Shown piece after piece: positions 10,687 through 17,857 of a stretch of 64,000 nt of DNA. Below the pieces are notes generated by a model. The model was not told where the DNA came from, searched no databases, and saw only the letters and a list, made by a program, of their open reading frames with translations. This stretch comes from a virus (taxonomy: Duplodnaviria; Heunggongvirae; Uroviricota; Caudoviricetes). Location of the stretch: positions 71,731 to 135,730 of the IMG/VR virus record IMGVR_UViG_3300028833_000081. One strand, given 5' to 3'. Each line of letters opens with the position of its first letter. Position 1 is the first letter of the stretch. A program made the translations under genes and the position numbers.

Positions 10687-11343
10687 TTATTCGGCAATCT
10701 CAAGAACTCGTTTCTCAATTAGTTCAGGATAAATGTCCACTAGCTTACATTCTGCAATGAAGAATGCTAGATAGTGACCGTATGGTACTTCTATTCTAGA
10801 AAGTACAGACGGTTCAAGAGATGCTTCGGCAATCGGAGAATAGGCTTTAGCTGTGTAAGAGTCATTCTGATACTCTTCAAGTAGCTCAAGCATACCCATC
10901 TGATTTACCTTGAATTTCTTTTTGTCATTCTCGTCTACAATTCTTATGATCTTACATCTGTAGATAAAGCCCATTTCACATTCAGCTATAATTCTGACTA
11001 CGGCTCCACTCTGTTCGAGGATAGCATTAACAGCATTAACAAACCTCGGAACATAGAACTTGTTGAGCTTCTTTCTATCATTTGCAATACATTTGATAGC
11101 CAAGAAATCCGGAATTACAGTAGGAGTATCTCCAGAGGAATCTCCAGAACCGGAAGAATCTCCAATAGCTGTTTCTATTGGTTCGACGTTATACGGAGCC
11201 TGTCCATAGAAGAATATTTGCTTAACAGGATCTTGAGGAAGTCTCTCGTAAGGAAATACGTCTTTCTGCACTGTATACTGAATACGTCTATCAGTATCTA
11301 CTAATCCGGCTGATCTGCGTTCTCCAAGCATAAGAATCTCCAT
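10687..11343 (-). CDS. hypothetical protein (218 aa), possibly virion or tail-associated
   Basis: ORF directly upstream of the fibre gene on the same strand. Has an SGSGDSSGDT linker. Confidence 0.5.
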   Translation of the reverse strand: MEILMLGERRSAGLVDTDRRIQYTVQKDVFPYERLPQDPVKQIFFYGQAPYNVEPIETAIGDSSGSGDSSGDTPTVIPDFLAIKCIANDRKKLNKFYVPRFVNAVNAILEQSGAVVRIIAECEMGFIYRCKIIRIVDENDKKKFKVNQMGMLELLEEYQNDSYTAKAYSPIAEASLEPSVLSRIEVPYGHYLAFFIAECKLVDIYPELIEKRVLEIAE

Positions 11344-11430
11344 TATTTAATTTCACAATATCGAGTTTTGAATTTTTTTCTTAAGTATTAAATAGAAAAA
11401 AAAAATAATAGGAAACAAGTTCCTATTATT

Positions 11431-11574
11431 TGTTGATGGCGAGGAGTCTGAGGCGTTTTTTGTGGCATTTTTCGCAGATGCCGCCGCAGAATTTGTCTTT
11501 CGGTGGTTTGAATCTGTTGCCGCATTTGATGCAGTTTTTGTATTTGCTAGTGAGGATTTGTGGTACCATAATGA
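11431..11574 (-). CDS. zinc-ribbon mini-protein (47 aa)
   Basis: Translation MVPQILTSKYKNCIKCGNRFKPPKDKFCGGICEKCHKKRLRLLAINK. RBS aggaga precedes the ATG. Two CxxC-like pairs. Not in the ORF track (under 60 aa). Confidence 0.4.
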
Positions 11575-11661
11575 TCTCCTTGGTTAAAGACCTCTAATAA
11601 TATGCAATAGAGTATAATAAAATTACGCAAAACTCGAAAATGAATAATCATTGGAGGATTT

Positions 11662-12525
11662 ATGAATACAGCTCTATGCTTGTCTGTATCTGGTGGCGGT
11701 ATCCTTGGTGTAGGCCCTGCCCACTATCTTGCCCGTCTTGAAGGAGACCTTGGGTATTCTCTTCATAAGAAACTTGCAGCTCAAGGTGGAACCTCTACCG
11801 GGTCTATCATTGCTGCTGCTATGGCAGAAGAAATTCCGGCAATAGAAATTGAGGAACTCTACCGTTCGAAAGGTTCTAGAATCTTTACTAAATATCCTTG
11901 GTATAAGAGACTCACTCCGACCTGTCCTACGTACGACAATTCTAACCTTAAAAAGATTCTGAAAGACAAGTTCAAGGGTAAACTCTGCGACTGGGGTGAA
12001 CCGACTTTCATCACCACTACATACATGAACGGAAGATCTGTCGAGAAGATTTGGGATGAAAAAGATGTTGAAGAAAAGTGGTTTGCTATTCTTACATCTT
12101 GTGCTGCTCCGACATACTTTGACGTGATTATCGACAACCTCGCAAGAAGCTTTTGTGATGGCGGTATGTGGGCTAATTCCTGTCCTCAGCTTGTGATGGC
12201 TGGAATGTTCCGTAGAGGTCATCGTGATATTCGTATTCTGAACCTTGAAACTGGTATGGATGTTCCAAACAATGATAGCGGAAATAAGACTTTGATAGGA
12301 TGGGCTACATACATCTTTAAGAAGTGGGTAGCCAGAGCTTCTAAAGCTAACGCATATATTTGCTCTTCTGTTCTTGGCGACGAGAACTTCTTCAACGTGA
12401 TGCCTGTATCTCATAAGACTCATGAAATGGACGATATGAGAGAGATTGATATTGTAACTGATATCTGGGATAAGAAGTACGACCAAGATCGTGAAAAGCT
12501 CTTAAGATTTGTGGATCCGAGGTAA
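11662..12525 (+). CDS. patatin-like phospholipase (PNPLA family)
   Basis: Oxyanion box SGGGILGVG, nucleophile elbow G-T-S-T-G (GxSxG), and catalytic Asp in DGGMWANSCP (DGGxxxNxP). RBS ggagga upstream. Confidence 0.8.
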   Translation: MNTALCLSVSGGGILGVGPAHYLARLEGDLGYSLHKKLAAQGGTSTGSIIAAAMAEEIPAIEIEELYRSKGSRIFTKYPWYKRLTPTCPTYDNSNLKKILKDKFKGKLCDWGEPTFITTTYMNGRSVEKIWDEKDVEEKWFAILTSCAAPTYFDVIIDNLARSFCDGGMWANSCPQLVMAGMFRRGHRDIRILNLETGMDVPNNDSGNKTLIGWATYIFKKWVARASKANAYICSSVLGDENFFNVMPVSHKTHEMDDMREIDIVTDIWDKKYDQDREKLLRFVDPR

Positions 12526-12527
12526 CT

Positions 12528-12965
12528 ATGTTGTATCACTCTAGAATGATTAATGCTAGACGTGGCCCATTCGATCAGGTTGATGCTGAGCTCTATAACT
12601 TTTTCAAGCAGGGTGATACATTAGCCGTAAGATACACATCCAAGAATTTTGCCTTGTTTGTCAATGATAAGCAGTACAGCTCTAGGATCGATATCACTCC
12701 AGACGAAGGTGGATACTATCTTATCGATACAATTAAAGGCAGATTCTTCTTGGAGAGAAACGAAGAAGATTACTTCATCATGCCAGCTAGAACCTATAAG
12801 GATGTAAATGGCGAAACCCAGTTTTGTCCTGACGATTCTAATAAGCTCCGACTGAAGAAAATTAGAAAGCCCTTTATCGGTGGCAAGAATTGCGCCTGTT
12901 CTATCCCCTATGGAAAAAGGTGTAATCGGAAGATGGGCCAACGACCTCTCAATGCTGGTATATAG
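12528..12965 (+). CDS. hypothetical protein (145 aa), inside the patatin/protease module
   Basis: Tightly packed between the phospholipase and ATPase-protease genes. C-terminal Cys/Lys-rich tail (GGKNCACSIPYGKRCNRK). Confidence 0.5.
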   Translation: MLYHSRMINARRGPFDQVDAELYNFFKQGDTLAVRYTSKNFALFVNDKQYSSRIDITPDEGGYYLIDTIKGRFFLERNEEDYFIMPARTYKDVNGETQFCPDDSNKLRLKKIRKPFIGGKNCACSIPYGKRCNRKMGQRPLNAGI

Positions 12966-12997
12966 GGGAACTTTAGAATGAAACAAAAGGATCTTTT

Positions 12998-14974
12998 ATG
13001 AACAAAGAATCGATGAAAAAATATGACGAGCTCATGGAAGCCGCTACTAAGATCAAGGGTATGCTCCTTGATTGTGACAAGCAAGTTGACCAGTTTGCAC
13101 AGCTGTTGGCTCCTTGGTACTGCGCTCCTGAGCTGCTCACGAAACCTCTGGTTATCAATATGGTCGGTATGACTGGTATTGGTAAGACTCAGATGTTCCG
13201 TCTGTTCTGCTCCGAACTTGGGCTGAACAATATGGCTGAAACCATGACTTGTGCTAACAATTCTTCTGTATCCCCCGGTAGAACGGCTTTCAGAATGAAG
13301 GAAGAACAGGGTCTTGAGAAAGGTATTATCTTCATCGATGAATTCCAGAACTTCTCTTGCAAGGGAATGATGGGTACTAGAACAAACAATCCTAGTACAC
13401 AGGAATTCTGGGATATCTTGTCTGATGGAAAGATCAAGATTAATTTCTCCAAAGATGAACTTGAGAACCTGATGTTTAGAGCTCAGGGTCAGATGAATGA
13501 AATAGCTAAGGCTGCTGCCAGCGGAGAAAAGTCTCTCGAAAGAAACTTTCCGACATTCTTCGGTTCTACTGCCTATAAGCTGTTCATCCTTTGTAAGAAG
13601 AAAGTTCCTCTGGAAAAAATTAAGAAGATGTCTGGTAAGGAATCCTTTGAATTTATTAAGGGTCTTTACGACAACTACGACAATAAGCCGATCTACTCTG
13701 ACTTTACGAAGTTCCTGTTTGTCACTGCTTGCAATCTTGACTGTGTATTTGCTGATGCTGAAGACGTAGCTTCCTGTGAAATCGATGCAGATGAAGTATA
13801 CGAGTCTTCTAAGGAAGTAAATATCTTCGATGTTAAGGAAGGACTTGGCATGTACTTCTTCCCTGAACAAGTAGCAAGACTTGGCAATAACTTTGTCATC
13901 TTCCACTCTCTGTCCAAGAGCACATTTGAAAAGCTCATTGATAATGCTCTTGACGAAATTGTCAAGAACACTAAGGAATCTATCGGAACAGAGATTACCT
14001 TTGATAAGTCTGTCAAGGAAATGATCTACCGCAACGGTGTATTCCCGACTCAAGGTGCTAGACCTTTGATTTCTACTATCAATGGTGTGATCGCTTCTTC
14101 TATCCCTATGCTTGTCTTCAAACAAAAGGAAGCAGATAAGAAGATTACGATTAAGTACAATGATGAGACCATGGAGCTTGAAGCAAATGGCGTTAAGACC
14201 AGTTGCATTGGGCCATATGACGAGAGCGCAAGAAGAATCAAAGTCAGAATAAACGAAAGACGTTGTACGTCTGTTCATGAATCTGGCCATGCTATTGTCT
14301 ATGCCGAATCTTTTGGAGCAATTCCTAGAAAGATGGTTAGTATTGTAGCTGACTCTAGAGTTGCTGCCGGGTTTATTTCTACACATCTTATCCGTCACAC
14401 CTGTGTTACAATGAAGGCATACATCTGTGTGGCACTGGCTGGAATGGTCGCCGAAGAGGTCGTCTTTGGTAAGGACTTCAGAACTGTCGGTTGCTCTTCT
14501 GACTTGGCTAAGGCTACTGCAATGGCTGCTGCTTATGTTAGAAAGTTTGCATTCACTGATAAGGTCAAGGCAGTTGTCGGCACTAATGAAGCTACATATA
14601 ATAAGATGTCTGAAACGTCTGAAGTTATCAACGACATTATCAAAGAATGCATCAAGACAACTAAGGAAATCATTACAAAGAATATTGATCTCCTTAAGGA
14701 AGTCTCTGAAGTAATGTTTGATAAGACCAGATGTACTCCGGAAGAATTCAAGGCTATTGCCGATAAACACAACAAAAAATACACGATTGTCAGTGCCTCC
14801 AAGAAGATTACTCCTAACTTTGAAGAACGCTACAAGATGTTCGATGAATCCAAAGTCAAGAGTATGGAGGAGGTATCTAATGCTAAGGAATGTATGTCAT
14901 TCTTCGATGATGCATACGTCGGAGCAGATGGCACTATGTCTCTAGCATCTGATGATCCTTTCCTGCTGTTCTAA
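12998..14974 (+). CDS. P-loop ATPase fused to FtsH-like (M41) zinc metalloprotease, soluble (no TM segments)
   Basis: Walker A GMTGIGKT and Walker B IIFIDEF. HESGHAIV (HExxH) is followed by a region collinear with the FtsH protease domain (PRKMVSIV..., AEEVVFG..., SSDLAKATAMAAAYV). No N-terminal hydrophobic helices. Confidence 0.75.
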   Translation: MNKESMKKYDELMEAATKIKGMLLDCDKQVDQFAQLLAPWYCAPELLTKPLVINMVGMTGIGKTQMFRLFCSELGLNNMAETMTCANNSSVSPGRTAFRMKEEQGLEKGIIFIDEFQNFSCKGMMGTRTNNPSTQEFWDILSDGKIKINFSKDELENLMFRAQGQMNEIAKAAASGEKSLERNFPTFFGSTAYKLFILCKKKVPLEKIKKMSGKESFEFIKGLYDNYDNKPIYSDFTKFLFVTACNLDCVFADAEDVASCEIDADEVYESSKEVNIFDVKEGLGMYFFPEQVARLGNNFVIFHSLSKSTFEKLIDNALDEIVKNTKESIGTEITFDKSVKEMIYRNGVFPTQGARPLISTINGVIASSIPMLVFKQKEADKKITIKYNDETMELEANGVKTSCIGPYDESARRIKVRINERRCTSVHESGHAIVYAESFGAIPRKMVSIVADSRVAAGFISTHLIRHTCVTMKAYICVALAGMVAEEVVFGKDFRTVGCSSDLAKATAMAAAYVRKFAFTDKVKAVVGTNEATYNKMSETSEVINDIIKECIKTTKEIITKNIDLLKEVSEVMFDKTRCTPEEFKAIADKHNKKYTIVSASKKITPNFEERYKMFDESKVKSMEEVSNAKECMSFFDDAYVGADGTMSLASDDPFLLF

Positions 14975-14975
14975 T

Positions 14976-15254
14976 ATGGAAACTGCTGAATTCGCACTGT
15001 ACAAATTTAAGACTATCGAAGGTGTTGATATCCACTGGAAATCAGGAGATTTCACACATTCGAAGTATTGTCATAATGGTAAGAGTGCCGAGATAGAGTA
15101 TTTTCCTGCAACTGACAGAGCTATGGTCACCTTTAAAGGTGAGCTAAAGCCAGCTGTTAAGTTCGACAAGCTGCGAGAGTATCTCGAAACATTAGGTATC
15201 TTCAAAGAGTCACCTAAGGAAGAGAGACATTCAAGCTCTTATGCACCCTTATAG
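14976..15254 (+). CDS. hypothetical protein (92 aa)
   Basis: ATG 2 nt after the protease stop. Last gene of the plus-strand block before a bidirectional terminator. Confidence 0.4.
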   Translation: METAEFALYKFKTIEGVDIHWKSGDFTHSKYCHNGKSAEIEYFPATDRAMVTFKGELKPAVKFDKLREYLETLGIFKESPKEERHSSSYAPL

Positions 15255-15303
15255 AAAAAAAAAAGAAGCTCCCTATACAGACAAGTATAGGGCGCTTATT
15301 TTC
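15251..15303. terminator. bidirectional terminator between convergent genes
   Basis: A10 run, hairpin agctccctatac/gtatagggcgct, then a T-rich run. Confidence 0.6.
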
Positions 15304-15313
15304 TGCCGGAGCA

Positions 15314-15868
15314 CTAAGCCGCTTTCTTTGAAATAGCCTTTTGAGCCATTTCTCTGACACAAGCCCAGTCTTCCGGTCGTATTATCGTATTGATGTCAGT
15401 ATTCTTGTCGAGCGAACCACCTACCGTGGCGAAGATGATGTTATAACCGCCATGACCAAATTCGCACTGCGCATTAAATCTGGTAAGTTCAAGCGGAGAT
15501 TCTGCTTCTGCAATTTCTTTCAGGAAACCCTTTTTGTAGATAGCGAAGAAAATGTTTTTTCCCTTGAGCATAGTCCTACTGTTGTAGGCATGATCGGTGA
15601 CCATTCCTTCTTTCATAACTCTGTTGTATTCATTGATAGCTGCACGAATCACCTGGTTTGCCTTTGGTGTGACCTTAAGGAAGTCCTTGATGCTATCCAG
15701 AGACAGGTTGCTTACGAGGGTTCTACCATTCTGGAAAACAGTGAGAGTCTTGTAGTCTACATTAAAATTTGCAGAGAAGTTTGCATCGTCTGTTGCGATA
15801 ATATTGGAGTAGTATTTTCCACCAATGTCATTATAGGAAAGTTTGATTTTAGTCTTTTTCTTAGCCAT
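15314..15868 (-). CDS. hypothetical protein (about 184 aa)
   Basis: Start moved to MAKKKTK. The upstream part of the track ORF overlaps the neighbouring promoter region. Confidence 0.5.
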   Translation of the reverse strand: MAKKKTKIKLSYNDIGGKYYSNIIATDDANFSANFNVDYKTLTVFQNGRTLVSNLSLDSIKDFLKVTPKANQVIRAAINEYNRVMKEGMVTDHAYNSRTMLKGKNIFFAIYKKGFLKEIAEAESPLELTRFNAQCEFGHGGYNIIFATVGGSLDKNTDINTIIRPEDWACVREMAQKAISKKAA

Positions 15869-15980
15869 ATGAGTCCTCATGGATAAATGACATGAATTTA
15901 TATGTAGTCTAAAAAGACATAAAATGACTATATATGAAGAATAGCGTTTGGATAAGTTGTTCAGACGCAAAGGATAAAAT

Positions 15981-16772
15981 ATGAAAATCGTTCGCAAGTT
16001 GTCTACTGGCGCTGAATCTGTAGAAGAGACCAAAGTGGCCCCTGCCGAAGAAGCAAAAGTAGAAGAAGAAGCTGTTATTGAAGTTCATAGTGGTGCTGAA
16101 GAGGCTAAGGAGGCACCCGTAGAAAAAGTCGAAGTAAAGGCTGAACCGAAATCGGAAGATGCAGAACCGGTGAAGACCGCTGAAGCTCCGAAGGAAGTAG
16201 GCACAGCTGAAGGTAAAGCAGCAGCTCCTAAGAAAAAGAAAGCGAAGGCTGTCGTAGCGGATGCGCTAGCAGCAAAGGCCAATAAGCCCGTGATCAAGAA
16301 GGTCTGGGATGAAGCCGAAACCGATGAATATTTGACCAAGAAACTGTCTGCAGACATCGAAGAAGGTGCTGCCGACGTTATCGCACTCGTCAAGAAAGCA
16401 TTTGAAGAAAGAATCAGTGAACTTAAGTCCGAAGAAAGCTTTGTATTCTGCGGTATCAAATTTACTAAGACCCGCGTCAACGCTAAGTTCAATTCTTTCA
16501 ATCGTCCTAACAACCTTGTGTACTATACGACCGCATACGAAATGATCGATGCCAAGCGTAATGGTGAACGTCAGACTATCTCTGCTGTTGGTGATAAGGC
16601 AAACAAGAAGCTCCTGCCGCCGTTCTGCATCAAGAACGAAAAGGACGAATGGGTTAATTACGAAGGTGATTTGTGCAAGGAAGCAAGCGAAGCCTATCCG
16701 GACTTCTTGGCTCGCTCCGAAGCAGTCAACCAAAAGAACGCTGCCGATGCTCAGAGGAGACTCGGCAAGTAG
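15981..16772 (+). CDS. protein with Ala/Lys/Pro/Glu-rich histone-H1-like N-terminus and globular C-terminal domain
   Basis: N-terminal 90 aa is low complexity (AEEAK, PVEKVEVKAEPK, KAAAPKKKKAKA). Relatively GC-rich gene. RBS aaggat upstream. Confidence 0.55.
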   Translation: MKIVRKLSTGAESVEETKVAPAEEAKVEEEAVIEVHSGAEEAKEAPVEKVEVKAEPKSEDAEPVKTAEAPKEVGTAEGKAAAPKKKKAKAVVADALAAKANKPVIKKVWDEAETDEYLTKKLSADIEEGAADVIALVKKAFEERISELKSEESFVFCGIKFTKTRVNAKFNSFNRPNNLVYYTTAYEMIDAKRNGERQTISAVGDKANKKLLPPFCIKNEKDEWVNYEGDLCKEASEAYPDFLARSEAVNQKNAADAQRRLGK

Positions 16773-16807
16773 ATGGGCCTATGTCAAAGTAGGGTGTTGT
16801 TGAGATA

Positions 16808-16851
16808 GAAAAAGATATCCCAAGACCAAACGTCTTGGGATATTCTTTTTA
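16808..16851. terminator. bidirectional terminator
   Basis: Hairpin gatatcccaagac/gtcttgggatat flanked by A-run and T-run, between convergent genes. Confidence 0.6.
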
Positions 16852-17295
16852 CTGTTGCACCTTGTCGGGATGATGTTTGACCTCGGCGGCCACCAAAGAA
16901 GCTTCCTTGATCCTCTGATGAGGTCTCGAAGTGAAGTTCGATTCTGCACGTTCCTGTACAACACGCTTTTCGTATTCTTTGCGATACTCAGTCTTGCCAA
17001 GAGCGAAGAATTGCATATTATTTATGTCAGCCAAGGAGACATAAGTGTGAAGCCAGTAACGTTGCGTATACGTATCATCAGCAGGTTCAAACGCTAAAGT
17101 TTCAGAAGCCTCATCATAGTCGAAACAATGCAGGACATGACCGACAGACTTATCTTCCTGATAGTTGAAATCAACATTGATTTCCAGCTGGTTTGTTTTA
17201 TTAAGGAACGAGACACCGTACTTATTAATAAACTCAGGAACAGATCCCGAAAAACCATATTTTGACATTATATACTTCAAAGCAGCATCTGTCAT
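16849..17295 (-). CDS. hypothetical protein (148 aa)
   Basis: ORF with upstream RBS-like aagagg. Confidence 0.5.
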   Translation of the reverse strand: MTDAALKYIMSKYGFSGSVPEFINKYGVSFLNKTNQLEINVDFNYQEDKSVGHVLHCFDYDEASETLAFEPADDTYTQRYWLHTYVSLADINNMQFFALGKTEYRKEYEKRVVQERAESNFTSRPHQRIKEASLVAAEVKHHPDKVQQ

Positions 17296-17340
17296 AAATC
17301 TTACCTCTTAGTTCATTATTAAGTTAGAATAGAGGATAGT

Positions 17341-17814
17341 GTGATTAATAATCGTAAAAGGCTTTGTATAGCATCTGATACTGGAGTTTGCGAATCTATA
17401 CTGGTAGAGGCTAATGACGCAAAACAGACTTTTATAGATGCTATTGATGACAAGACAGTTGACACGATTCTGTTCAGAAGACCCTTTGTAACGATCTTCA
17501 GTGGTAAAACACGAAAGAACGTTAATTTCTCTTCTCTAAAGATTAAGCACATGGCTATATCCAAGGAAAAGGCTAATGGCTTCCTTGTGATGTACGGAAT
17601 GGAAAATGGCCTGAAAGTACTAGATGCTTTAAAAGAAGAAAAGAGAATTTCAATAAGCGTTATAAGAAAATTAAATCCAAATTCACTATTCGACAATCAA
17701 AATGAGTGGGAGATGTCGTCCGTAGATGAAGGAGAGGATTTCAACGTAACGACTTTAAGAAATGTAATTTCTGGCGAAGTCGAAATAGTTGTTCATACAA
17801 TGAAGGGCGAGTGA
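17341..17814 (+). CDS. hypothetical protein (157 aa), GTG start
   Basis: ORF follows aggatagt. Start codon is GTG. Confidence 0.4.
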   Translation: MINNRKRLCIASDTGVCESILVEANDAKQTFIDAIDDKTVDTILFRRPFVTIFSGKTRKNVNFSSLKIKHMAISKEKANGFLVMYGMENGLKVLDALKEEKRISISVIRKLNPNSLFDNQNEWEMSSVDEGEDFNVTTLRNVISGEVEIVVHTMKGE

Positions 17815-17857
17815 GAAATCATTCTCCCTTTTATTTTTTCATTGGTGGAACTTTTGA

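Noticed and set aside
12908-14770. 620-aa minus-strand ORF opposite the ATPase-protease gene
   Set aside because: Shadow ORF. The plus-strand frame carries clear Walker A/B and HExxH motifs, while the minus frame is low-complexity.
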